The translations under genes were made by a program, and so were the position numbers. A stretch of 64,000 nt of DNA, from the NCBI GenBank assembly GCA_041743715.1, contig JBGTMH010000032.1:131-64130 (forward strand), written 5' to 3'. This document shows positions 1-9,163 of this stretch, piece by piece. The stretch's first letter is position 1. Every line of letters begins with the position of its first letter. Under the pieces are notes generated by a model. The model was not told the origin of the DNA. It saw nothing but the letters and a program-made list of their open reading frames with translations, and searched no databases. The stretch comes from Patescibacteria group bacterium. Its GTDB lineage: Bacteria; Patescibacteriota; Microgenomatia; Levybacterales; UBA12049.

Positions 1-12
1 TATGATTAAAAT

Positions 13-966
13 ATGAATCATAGTCGAAATCTTGCTCTTGAATTTGTTCGCGTTACTGAAGCAGCTGCTATTGCAGCCAGCGAGTGGATTGGACGCGGTG
101 ACAAACATGCCGCTGACCAAGCCGCAGTCACAGCCATGCGTTCCCGTTTGAATCAAATAGACTTCTCAGGCAAAGTTGTGATTGGTGAAGGCGAAAAAGA
201 TAAAGCCCCAATGCTCTATACTGGCGAAACCGTCGGAAAAGGCAAAACCCCACAGATGGATCTTGCGATCGATCCTCTTGAATGCACAGATAGTGTCGCT
301 CACGGAAGATATAACGCGCTGACGGTAATTGTGGCGGGAGCAAAAAATTCGCTTCTCCATGCGCCCGATACATACATGGAAAAAATAGCAGTTGGTCCAG
401 AGGCAGCAAAGATGATAGATCTTGATGCACCAATCGCTGACACGATAACACAAGTCGCCAAAGCCCTTGGAAAAGACCAAAGAGAAATAACCGTAATTGT
501 ACTGGATCGGGAAAGACACGAAAAACTCATCGAAGAAATCCGGGCAACAGGTGCCAGAGTACGGTTGATTACTGACGGCGATGTTGCAGGCGCCATAGCC
601 CCATGCATCGGGGAAAGTGGCATCGATATCCTTATGGGAACTGGTGCAAGTACAGAAGCCGTACTGGCAGCAACTGCTATTAAAATAATGGGCGGGGAAA
701 TTTTGTGTCGTTTTGCACCGAGAAACGAACGAGATAAAAATGAGCTCAGAGAAGCAGGTATCCATCTACATAAAGTCTTCCGTGCAGAAGACTTGGCAAA
801 AGGAAAAGAACTGACATTTACCGCGACCGGCGTGATTGATGGACCACTTCTGAATGGAGTCATAATCAAAGACAAAAAAATTATCACCCACTCCATAGTT
901 CTCCGTGGCGTGTCAGAAACACTTCGCTTTATTACTGCCGAGCACAATCTCGTATGGCAAAAATAA
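13..966 (+). CDS. glpX: Class II fructose-1,6-bisphosphatase (GlpX family)
   Basis: 317-aa ORF with GlpX-like N-terminus (LALEFVRVTEAAAIAA..GRGDKHAADQAAV) and DPLECT and ITDGDVAGAI motifs. Its end overlaps the downstream pgk start by 13 nt. Confidence 0.85.
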   Translation: MNHSRNLALEFVRVTEAAAIAASEWIGRGDKHAADQAAVTAMRSRLNQIDFSGKVVIGEGEKDKAPMLYTGETVGKGKTPQMDLAIDPLECTDSVAHGRYNALTVIVAGAKNSLLHAPDTYMEKIAVGPEAAKMIDLDAPIADTITQVAKALGKDQREITVIVLDRERHEKLIEEIRATGARVRLITDGDVAGAIAPCIGESGIDILMGTGASTEAVLAATAIKIMGGEILCRFAPRNERDKNELREAGIHLHKVFRAEDLAKGKELTFTATGVIDGPLLNGVIIKDKKIITHSIVLRGVSETLRFITAEHNLVWQK

Positions 967-2147
967 AATACATCGATGAAGTTGACATTACAAATAAGCG
1001 AGTACTGATGCGCGCTGACTTTGATGTTTCACTGAACGACAACTATACCATCGCGGATGACTTCCGAATAAAACATAATCTCCCAACGATCAATCTCCTT
1101 TTAAAAAACCACAACAAGATAATCTGTGTTGCCAAACTCGACCGGCCAAAAGGACGCGACCCCAAACTTTCACTGAAAGTAGTTGTTCATCGTTTGCGTA
1201 CATATTTACCAGGAGTCCGCGTCAAACTCATTGACGATTTTGTAACAGAAAAACAAGAAACCTTTGACAAACAAAAAGAGCAAGAAATTTTCGTCCTGGA
1301 AAATATCCGCTTTTATCCTGAGGAGAAACAAAATGATATGAAGTTTGCAAAAAAGCTCGCTTCCCTTGCTGATGTCTACGTGAACGATGCCTTTGCAGTA
1401 TCTCATCGAGCTGAGGCATCACTTGTCGAGGTACCGCAACTCCTTCCTGCGTATGGAGGGTTGTTATTAAAACGGGAAATCGAGATGATTAATAAAGCAA
1501 TTCACAAACCCAAAAAGCCACTCGTTGCCATCATAGGAGGCGCAAAAATATCAACCAAAATGTCCCTTATCAACCACCTCATTGAAGTTGCGGATTATGT
1601 TATTCTCGGGGGTGGACTTGCCAATGTCTTTTTCAGAGCCCAACGATATTTTATCGGCAGTAGTATATGCGAATATGAGATGACCTTAAGAGCTCGTCAA
1701 CTCTTATTTCTGGCAGAACAGAAAAAAACAAAAATCATTCTCCCTATAGACGTCATGATTGGTGATCCACAAAATACGCAGAACCGTGGCGAAATAGTCA
1801 AAATCGCTGACAACCGCATCCCCAAAGGTCGGGCAATTCTTGATATCGGCCCGGAAACAAAAGCTCGTATAGGCTCAATAATTGCCAAAGCTGGTACTAT
1901 TATCTGGAACGGCCCTGTCGGTCTTTTTGAGAATCCTGCGTACAGACAAGGAACTGACTTTATCTATTACGCAATCGCGCATAACCCTGACGCCATCTCC
2001 ATTGTGGGAGGAGGAGATACACTGGCTGCGATCTCCAAAAAAGAATATTTAGAAACAATAACCCATGTCTCAACCGGTGGAGGCGCGATGCTTGAATTCA
2101 TTGAAAAAGGGACACTCCCCGCAATCGAAGCGCTCAAACAGCAGTAG
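954..2147 (+). CDS. pgk: Phosphoglycerate kinase (copy 1)
   Basis: 397-aa ORF. RADFDVSL, ENIRFYPEE, YVNDAFAVSHR, IIGGAKISTK, WNGPVGLFE and STGGGAMLEF are classic PGK signatures. Confidence 0.9.
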   Translation: MAKIKYIDEVDITNKRVLMRADFDVSLNDNYTIADDFRIKHNLPTINLLLKNHNKIICVAKLDRPKGRDPKLSLKVVVHRLRTYLPGVRVKLIDDFVTEKQETFDKQKEQEIFVLENIRFYPEEKQNDMKFAKKLASLADVYVNDAFAVSHRAEASLVEVPQLLPAYGGLLLKREIEMINKAIHKPKKPLVAIIGGAKISTKMSLINHLIEVADYVILGGGLANVFFRAQRYFIGSSICEYEMTLRARQLLFLAEQKKTKIILPIDVMIGDPQNTQNRGEIVKIADNRIPKGRAILDIGPETKARIGSIIAKAGTIIWNGPVGLFENPAYRQGTDFIYYAIAHNPDAISIVGGGDTLAAISKKEYLETITHVSTGGGAMLEFIEKGTLPAIEALKQQ

Positions 2148-2186
2148 TTCTATCGCAGCCTTTCGTAAAATGTCAGATTTGTGAGA

Positions 2187-2317
2187 GCGCGGAATACAGT
2201 TTTTTGTAGGAACGAATGCTACCGAAGACTACATATAAAAAATAGTGGTACTCATGAATTACCCCGAATGCGAATAACAACCTACAGGTGGGTGACGAAA
2301 AAAAGTGTATTCCGCGC
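2187..2317. repeat. 131-nt element bounded by a perfect 12-bp inverted repeat (candidate structured RNA or MITE-like element)
   Basis: GCGCGGAATACA at 2187-2198 is the exact reverse complement of TGTATTCCGCGC at 2306-2317. A nested 6-bp pair is TGTAGG 2205-2210 with CCTACA 2281-2286. It lies in the pgk-corA spacer. Confidence 0.35.
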
Positions 2318-2469
2318 GGCAATACAAAGGAGCTTTGACAATTTATTTACAAACTATCCTAACGCTTCCCAGAAACCTGCTTTCTGGTGTATAATACAAA
2401 AGTCTTCCAACACGCAAACTAAGTGATTGACAAGTCTGCCTCAGTTGTAATTCAATAGAAAGGCCTACC

Positions 2470-3486
2470 ATGAATATCCCAACAGTTACCCATAATGGGT
2501 TATCATTTATTAATTTAAATAAACCCACTGCAGAGCAGATCGCTTTTTTGAATAAAAATTTCGGATTCAGCATGCTGAATTTGGAAGATTATCTTTACAA
2601 AACGCAAATTCCAAAAATAGAAATATATAAAGAGTATAGCCTCTTCGTGATGGATGTCCCCCATATCCCCCAAACCACAAAAGCCAGAACTCAAGCTTCT
2701 ACCCAAAAACCCGGTGTCCTCCCCAATCTTCTCACCAATCGCGTTCCCCTCCCTGCATTTTCTAAGGCTGGCCGAAAAAAGCGAATCAATATCGGTGAGG
2801 TAGACTTCTTTATCGGTAAGGACTACCTAGTAGTCCTTCATGATGATCGCACACCGCAAATTGATGAAATTTTTGATATGTGTAAAATCACCTCCAAACA
2901 CCGCGAGGATTTGATGGGGAACGGAGCAGGGTATCTTTTCTACCGCATTGCCGATATATTAGTTGATTCCTCTTTTTCCTACGTTGAAGACATTACCAGT
3001 ACCATTGACTACATTGATCGGGAACTTGAAGAAAAAAGTGGCGCAGGCCTCATTGAAGATATTTCGATAACCAGACGTAACATCGTTGTCTTCGAAACGA
3101 TGATCAAACCGCTCCTACCAATTTTTGGTGATCTTGAAAAAGGAAAATATCCCGAACTCAATGGCAAAATGGCTGATTATTGGAGCAATCTGCTGGACCA
3201 TTTACAGAAAATTTGGGAACGGCTTGAAGATAACAAGGAATTAATCGCCGGTATTTCCAGTAGCAATGAATCGATTCTCTCCAACCGCAATAATGAGCTT
3301 GTAAAATTCCTTACCATCATCACATCAATCTCATTCCCTTTTGCCATCGTCAATTATCTTTATTCTATGAATGTTACCAATCTACCGTACGCTCAAGAAC
3401 CGTGGTTTGTCATTGTCTTATTTTTCATCATCTTTGCAGGAGCACTCGCCATTATCGCCTACTTCAAATACCGTGACTGGCTCTAG
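2470..3486 (+). CDS. corA: CorA-family divalent cation transporter (GMN motif reads SMN)
   Basis: 338-aa ORF with a soluble N-domain and two C-terminal TM helices. The loop motif is YSMNVTNLPY where CorA normally has YGMNF. Confidence 0.7.
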   Translation: MNIPTVTHNGLSFINLNKPTAEQIAFLNKNFGFSMLNLEDYLYKTQIPKIEIYKEYSLFVMDVPHIPQTTKARTQASTQKPGVLPNLLTNRVPLPAFSKAGRKKRINIGEVDFFIGKDYLVVLHDDRTPQIDEIFDMCKITSKHREDLMGNGAGYLFYRIADILVDSSFSYVEDITSTIDYIDRELEEKSGAGLIEDISITRRNIVVFETMIKPLLPIFGDLEKGKYPELNGKMADYWSNLLDHLQKIWERLEDNKELIAGISSSNESILSNRNNELVKFLTIITSISFPFAIVNYLYSMNVTNLPYAQEPWFVIVLFFIIFAGALAIIAYFKYRDWL

Positions 3487-4150
3487 TTTTTTTCTCTAGT
3501 TTTTTCTTCCTGTGTGACATAATTTTCTTCTGATACACAAAAAACAAAATCCCTAGGAGCACAAAAAATCCTATTCCCAAATAAGGACTCTCATCAGCCA
3601 ATTTTGCATAGACTGCTTCACCGGCATAATACGATACTGCGCTGGGCAATAGTGATAGAAGCGTTGCAAAGAAAAACTTTCTAAAACTTAGCTTACTTAA
3701 CCCAGCAAGATAACTAATAAAATCCATTACCGGTCCTGTGGTCAATCGAATCAGGACAAACGTCCATAGTTCTTTTGTACCCGTTAGTTTTCCTTCCCAT
3801 TCTTGCAATTCCTGCAGCGGCACAAACCGTTTGACGAGAGGCTCTCTATAGAACCGTGCTAAATAGAACGCCACTGATGCTCCGATTAATAAGCCCACGG
3901 TGCTGTAAAGAAAAGAAGGAAACCATCCGATAACGGGAATCAGTGCAAACGAGAGCACACCTCCAGAAATCGGCGGAATAACGACGCCAACGATACGCCA
4001 CAGAATAATCATAACCGGCGCAAGCACAGGATGCTCAACAGTAAATCGTGTAATTTCTGCTTGATGAGGTGGAAACCAAAAAATAAAAAAAATGGCTGAT
4101 GCGACAAAAAGAAAAAGTGTCAGCAAGCCAACAACGTGATATTTTTTCAT
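3464..4150 (-). CDS. TVP38/TMEM64 (DedA-related) family membrane protein
   Basis: 228-aa polytopic ORF. The segment LIGASVAFYLARFYREPLVKRF.. followed by further TM helices matches the family pattern. Its 3' end overlaps the convergent corA by 23 nt. Confidence 0.6.
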   Translation of the reverse strand: MKKYHVVGLLTLFLFVASAIFFIFWFPPHQAEITRFTVEHPVLAPVMIILWRIVGVVIPPISGGVLSFALIPVIGWFPSFLYSTVGLLIGASVAFYLARFYREPLVKRFVPLQELQEWEGKLTGTKELWTFVLIRLTTGPVMDFISYLAGLSKLSFRKFFFATLLSLLPSAVSYYAGEAVYAKLADESPYLGIGFFVLLGILFFVYQKKIMSHRKKKLEKKTRASHGI

Positions 4151-4213
4151 GTAGATGAAAATGAGTATAGCATAGGACCCATGCGAGATGACAAAAAGAG
4201 TAATACTACCGTT

Positions 4214-5239
4214 TTAATTCGAGAATTCCTGACTATACATTTTCCCGTAAATTCCTCCATCTATCACCCCAATACCGATTTTATTAAAATTTGGACTTAA
4301 GATATTGGTTCGATGTCCTGGACTATTCATTAGTCCTTGCATAGCCAATGGTGTACTCGGCGCCAGTGCTAGATTCTCTCCCGCATACTCGTATTGGATC
4401 CCCACATCATCCATGCGGTCAAACGGTGTTAATCCTTCAGGCGTCTGGTGTGAGAAATAGCCACGTTTGAACATATCATCGGAGTGCGACCGTGCGACCT
4501 CGCGGAGACTGTTGTCAAAAGCCAGAGGCGGTAAACCTTGCTTTGTCCGCTCAGTATTGACCAATCGGAACATTTCTTGCTCTGCTTTTTCATCAACACC
4601 GCCATTTTTGACAGTGAAGTGAAGCACCACAGTCTTATCGCTTTTAGGCTCAACTGTTAAGAAATTCAATGTTTCATTGAGCGCGCCACCAAAAAGTTCG
4701 TTCAGATGCTTTTCAAAAAGTGAGGTATTGGCCACAAGCCGTGAACCTATACCTGACTCAGCCACAGCGCTTTTAATAAGCGGCGAGGAGGGAAATGTCA
4801 CAATAACACTGAGCAAAAATGACAAAATGATAAACGCAGAAACCATCCCTGGCAAAATGCCAAACCAATGACTGGCTCCTTTCAACCAATTCGTAAATCT
4901 ACTCCGTGGCAATCCAGGCAGATACCGCACAAGTCTCCGAGAAAAAAGTGTCAATATTATTTCACTCAAAAACGCAATAAGAAAAAAACTGGCGGCATTT
5001 GAAATACCGATAGGTAAAGCAAAAAACAGTGTCAATACAAAAGCCACATGTGTATAGAATTTCAGTGCAGCAATAAAAGAAACAATAAAGCTAACCAGAT
5101 CCAAAAAAGCCAATGTAAATCCAAGCGTATACCCTTCGTAAATATAAAAAAGGATAATACATAAGATAACAATATCTAGAAAATTAATCCCTCCCGGAAG
5201 TTGCGAAACAAAACCAGAAATTGCACTGAGTATATCCAT
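4214..5239 (-). CDS. CvpA-like membrane domain fused to a CAP/SCP (YkwD-like) domain
   Basis: 341 aa. The N-terminal four TM helices resemble colicin V production protein CvpA. The C-terminus (VNTERTKQGLPPL..SHSDDMFKRGYFSH..AGENLA..MNSPGHRTNIL) matches the CAP/SCP domain. Confidence 0.6.
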   Translation of the reverse strand: MDILSAISGFVSQLPGGINFLDIVILCIILFYIYEGYTLGFTLAFLDLVSFIVSFIAALKFYTHVAFVLTLFFALPIGISNAASFFLIAFLSEIILTLFSRRLVRYLPGLPRSRFTNWLKGASHWFGILPGMVSAFIILSFLLSVIVTFPSSPLIKSAVAESGIGSRLVANTSLFEKHLNELFGGALNETLNFLTVEPKSDKTVVLHFTVKNGGVDEKAEQEMFRLVNTERTKQGLPPLAFDNSLREVARSHSDDMFKRGYFSHQTPEGLTPFDRMDDVGIQYEYAGENLALAPSTPLAMQGLMNSPGHRTNILSPNFNKIGIGVIDGGIYGKMYSQEFSN

Positions 5240-5330
5240 AAGCTGTTCTATTTGTATTATAACGAATCAAAGCAAGGAAAGGTTAAGAAATACAGCGAGG
5301 TAACAAATTCGCTCTACCACGGTTGACATC

Positions 5331-6161
5331 TTAAGTCGTAATCGGTCGAGATTGGACGATGAATAATGCTTCTTTCTCAAAAGCCCACTCGATGTCTTGA
5401 GGAAAATTATAATGAGCTTCAATGCTCTTTCCCAATTTCGCTAACTCTTTTATTTGCTTCTCACTTAACACTATTCTATTTTGCAAATTCTCAGGAACAG
5501 GCACTTCTACATTTTTGTTATGTTTATAGACCAGCATCTTTTGCTGACTTCCTAAAGACTTATTTTTGCTTTCCAAACTCTGTTTATCGACAATATAATT
5601 ATCAGGTGTAATCATCCCTTGGACAAGTAACTCTCCCAAACCATACCCTGCCTCAATCATTATTTCGTCATTATTATTCGATATCGGATTGGCAGTGAAC
5701 ATGACACCAGCGACTTCACTATTTACCATTTTTTGAATGACGACAGCGACTGCTATTTTGTCGGGTGTTAGTTTTTGTTCTTTTGCATATGCTTTTGCCC
5801 GGTCTGAAGTAATTGAGCGCCAGCATTTTTTGATGGCATTTATGAGATCTTCTTTTGTTACATTCAAATAACTTTCCAACTGCCCTGCCCATGATGCAGT
5901 CAATGAATCTTCAGCAATTGCTGATGATCTGACAGCTACACGTTCTATTTTCAAATCTGTAAAAGCTTGCATAATTTCTGCTTGCAAACGCTGAGGAATG
6001 TCTTTTTGAGAGAAATCATTATATGCTTTTGTAGTAAGAATAAAACCTTGAGGAATAGAAATACCTGCGTGCGTCAGTTCTCCAAGCGAAGCACCTTTCC
6101 CACCAACAAGTGGAGAATCTTGCTTCCAAACATCCCTAAAAGAAACTAAGTAATCATTCAT
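5331..6161 (-). CDS. PEP/pyruvate-binding (PPDK_N, ATP-grasp) domain protein, stand-alone
   Basis: 276 aa. VGGKGASLGELTHAGISIPQGFILTT and VAVRSSAIAEDS..SWAGQ are typical of the N-terminal domain of PEP synthase, PPDK and rifampin phosphotransferase. No TIM-barrel domain is present. Confidence 0.7.
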   Translation of the reverse strand: MNDYLVSFRDVWKQDSPLVGGKGASLGELTHAGISIPQGFILTTKAYNDFSQKDIPQRLQAEIMQAFTDLKIERVAVRSSAIAEDSLTASWAGQLESYLNVTKEDLINAIKKCWRSITSDRAKAYAKEQKLTPDKIAVAVVIQKMVNSEVAGVMFTANPISNNNDEIMIEAGYGLGELLVQGMITPDNYIVDKQSLESKNKSLGSQQKMLVYKHNKNVEVPVPENLQNRIVLSEKQIKELAKLGKSIEAHYNFPQDIEWAFEKEALFIVQSRPITT

Positions 6162-6233
6162 AAATTAATGCTAGAAATATTTTCTTCGACTAATTCAATA
6201 TATACATTCACTGGTATTCTATATCACTCCACT

Positions 6234-6737
6234 TTATTTTTGCAATGCATTCATTTCTCTCCCATTAGAAGTCAGAGGTGGTATTCCTGGAAGTATTCGC
6301 CATCTCCTGTGCATCAATATATTGTTCCGCTCTCTCTCTTCCTCCCACTCTTTTTCACTCATTGACAATGTTCGTGAATCTTTTAACATATTCATGTAAT
6401 CATCAAGTGATAGTATTTCTCCGGTCATTTTTAAAATATTATCTCTGAGTTGATCGCCACCCAAATTGATTGCTCGTTTAAGAGTAGTCGTTCCGTCTGA
6501 TTCTAAAACGCGTTTTACTTCCAAAATATCTGCTTTGAACATGCCTCCGGCTCCAATATCCGTAACTATCGCAGGACCATAGAAAGGAGCATTCCGGTCA
6601 CCAGATAATGATAAAAAAATCGCACCAAATTGTATCTTTACTGGTGTTGCGAATAATTCATTTCGTAGTATCCTGATACTTTCCATTGAAAGTGCAGGTC
6701 CCTGTCTGGGAAATATTATAGGTTGTCTCTCTGACAT
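6234..6737 (-). CDS. Hypothetical protein, possibly a degenerate PEP-utilizer swivel domain
   Basis: 167-aa ORF directly upstream of the PPDK_N gene on the same strand. By eye, GDRNAPFYGPAIVTDIGAGGMFKADIL resembles the swivel motif tdP..p.f..a.aIVTd.GG..SHaAIv, but the phospho-His position is not His. Confidence 0.45.
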   Translation of the reverse strand: MSERQPIIFPRQGPALSMESIRILRNELFATPVKIQFGAIFLSLSGDRNAPFYGPAIVTDIGAGGMFKADILEVKRVLESDGTTTLKRAINLGGDQLRDNILKMTGEILSLDDYMNMLKDSRTLSMSEKEWEEERERNNILMHRRWRILPGIPPLTSNGREMNALQK

Positions 6738-6796
6738 AATGGCTATTCTATCACAAAATAGCTGTCTCTCTTTACAAAAAATCTGGTAAAATAGGA

Positions 6797-8989
6797 ATGC
6801 TGCTCGTTATGTTAAAAGTGAAACGGTATAAAAAGACAGTTAAAAAAGTACGGAAAATCTCCTTCAAACGGAAAACTATATTTTTTGTTTTGATACCATC
6901 TATCTTGGGACTCATTCTTCTCGGCATTTTCTATGTACTCATCTTACGGGATCTCCCCTCTCCTACAAGGTTGAGTAACAATACTGCATCCTATTCAAGC
7001 CAAATCTACGATCGCAATGGCAAGCTCCTCTATACACTTTACTCTGACCGTAATCAAACCTTTGTACCTCTGGCAAAAATTCCCAAAGATTTGCAGGAAG
7101 CTACTATCGCCATTGAAGATAAAGATTTTTACCGCCATGGCGCAGTTGATTTTCGGGGGATTACGAGAGCTGCATACTCAATTTTTGTGCATAAAGAACT
7201 ACAAGGAGGATCCACATTGACACAACAATTGGTAAAGACAAGCCTTTTAACACCTGAACGGACGATTCAGAGAAAAATAAAAGAAGTCGTCCTGGCATTT
7301 GCGACTGAGATAATGTACTCCAAGGATGAAATTATAGAGATGTATCTGAATCAAGTTCCTTATGGTGGTACTTCCTATGGTGTTGGTGCTGCATCTCAGA
7401 CTTTTTTTGGCCGGGATGTCAGTAAATTAACACTTGCTGAGAATGCCTACCTCGCGGCACTTCCCGAAGCACCGAGTACCCTCTCTCCTTTTGGCTCCCA
7501 TCCAGAACTCGGAAAAAAACGGCAAGAAGAAGTATTACGCAAAATGCACGAACAAGGATATATCTCCAGGGCGGAACGAGATAAAGCGCTCAAAGAGCAA
7601 TTAAAATTTCAAAAAATCACGAATCCTATTAAAGCACCACACTTCGTTTTTTATGTCCGTGATCTGCTTATTAAGAAGTATGGACAACAGGCTGTTGAAC
7701 AAGGCGGCTTTAGTATCAGAACAAGCCTTGATTTGAACATGCAAAATTATGTGCAAGATAAAGTTGCGACAGAGGTTGCTGACCTCGTCCAATATAAAGT
7801 CGGTAATGGTGCAGCTTTAGTCACAAATCCTGCGACTGGTGAAGTTTTGGCAATGGTGGGAAGTAAAGACTACTTCGACCCCAAACTCGGAAATGTCAAT
7901 GCGACAATTGCTCTTCTGCAGCCAGGTTCTTCCATAAAACCTATTAACTACGCCATAGGGCTTATGAACGGTTATTCTGCAGCAACACCGTTTGTTGATC
8001 AGCCAATTTGTTATCCACAAATAGGTGAAAAACCCTACTGTCCAAAAAATTATGACGGCAGTTATCATGGTGTTGTTCAAATGCGTTACGCGCTCGCAAA
8101 TTCATATAATATCCCCGCAGTACAAATGCTCAAACTCAATGGCTTGGAAGCAATGGTAGCGACGGCCAGCGCAATGGGAATCAGTACCTACAAAGACCCA
8201 AGTCTGTATGGTTTATCACTCACTTTGGGGGGTGGAGAAGTTATGATGACAGATATGGCTACTGCGTTTGGCGTTTTTGCCAACCAAGGATATCGGATTG
8301 ATCTCCATCCGATTCTTAAGATTACCGACCGGAATGGAAAAGTAATTGAAGAATACAAGCCACCCAAGAGCCCGATTTTTGGCAAGAAAGTTATTCCCTC
8401 TGAAGTAAGTTTTATTGTCTCTGATATACTCGCTGATAATACTGCGCGGACAGCTGCGTTTGGTCCGAACTCTGCTCTAAAAATAGACAAACAACGCGTC
8501 TCCGTCAAAACAGGAACAACTGATAATTACCGCGATAACTGGACGATCGGGTATACACCTTCGTATGTTGTTGCAGTATGGGTAGGGAATAATGACCGCA
8601 AGCCAATGTCTGGGCTTGTCTCCGGTGTGACTGGAGCAGCTCCGATCTGGCATGATATTATGTCGCATCTCTTGGAAGGCAAAAAACCTGAAATCCCTCA
8701 AAAGCCACCCAATGTTTATGGCAAATATGTCTGTAGCGGAACCGGCCAAGTTGCTTTAGGCAACAACTCTGGTTGTGCAACGAGATTTGAATACCTCATC
8801 AAAGGTTCGGAGCAGAAAAAAGTAGCAGTAACCAAACAAAAGGTCTTTATTGATAAGACAACCAATCAGCTTGCAAAACCAGGACAAACAGAAAATGTTG
8901 AAGAACGTGAAGAAACAATGATTACCGATCCGTCTGGTAATAAATTCTGTGCCAGCTGTGCCCGACCAAATCCAACACCAACACCCTAA
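6797..8989 (+). CDS. Class A penicillin-binding protein (glycosyltransferase + transpeptidase)
   Basis: 730 aa with an N-terminal TM helix. GT51 motifs are IAIEDKDFYRHGAVD and GGSTLTQQLVK. Transpeptidase motifs are a SxxK-type SSIK, then KTGTT. The tail is PT-rich. Confidence 0.85.
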   Translation: MLLVMLKVKRYKKTVKKVRKISFKRKTIFFVLIPSILGLILLGIFYVLILRDLPSPTRLSNNTASYSSQIYDRNGKLLYTLYSDRNQTFVPLAKIPKDLQEATIAIEDKDFYRHGAVDFRGITRAAYSIFVHKELQGGSTLTQQLVKTSLLTPERTIQRKIKEVVLAFATEIMYSKDEIIEMYLNQVPYGGTSYGVGAASQTFFGRDVSKLTLAENAYLAALPEAPSTLSPFGSHPELGKKRQEEVLRKMHEQGYISRAERDKALKEQLKFQKITNPIKAPHFVFYVRDLLIKKYGQQAVEQGGFSIRTSLDLNMQNYVQDKVATEVADLVQYKVGNGAALVTNPATGEVLAMVGSKDYFDPKLGNVNATIALLQPGSSIKPINYAIGLMNGYSAATPFVDQPICYPQIGEKPYCPKNYDGSYHGVVQMRYALANSYNIPAVQMLKLNGLEAMVATASAMGISTYKDPSLYGLSLTLGGGEVMMTDMATAFGVFANQGYRIDLHPILKITDRNGKVIEEYKPPKSPIFGKKVIPSEVSFIVSDILADNTARTAAFGPNSALKIDKQRVSVKTGTTDNYRDNWTIGYTPSYVVAVWVGNNDRKPMSGLVSGVTGAAPIWHDIMSHLLEGKKPEIPQKPPNVYGKYVCSGTGQVALGNNSGCATRFEYLIKGSEQKKVAVTKQKVFIDKTTNQLAKPGQTENVEEREETMITDPSGNKFCASCARPNPTPTP

Positions 8990-9144
8990 TGAATACCGAA
9001 GACCAAACATTACAAGTCCCTCCCCAAAAGCTCAGCAAATACAACCGTGAGTCTGGCAAAAAAACACTCGCCTTTGTTGGTGTACTTATTCTGATTGTTG
9101 TTATATTTACGGTGGTAGCACTTTTTATGATGAACGCCGACTAA
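8989..9144 (+). CDS. Small single-TM protein (not in ORF track)
   Basis: 51 codons. The ATG overlaps the PBP stop (TAATG). The sequence is MNTEDQTLQVPPQKLSKYNRESGKKTLAFVGVLILIVVIFTVVALFMMNAD, with one clear TM helix. Confidence 0.35.
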   Translation: MNTEDQTLQVPPQKLSKYNRESGKKTLAFVGVLILIVVIFTVVALFMMNAD

Positions 9145-9163
9145 TCCACTCTTTCAAAAACGT

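Noticed and set aside
128-947. Several long minus-strand ORFs inside glpX, with similar antisense ORFs inside PBP, SpoIID, valS and others
   Set aside because: They are antisense to genes with strong family motifs and have no independent support. I treated them as shadow ORFs.
2181-2426. 81-aa plus-strand ORF between pgk and corA
   Set aside because: It starts with a GTG inside the inverted-repeat element and has a Cys/Arg-rich, low-plausibility composition. The region is better explained as non-coding (see the inverted-repeat finding).
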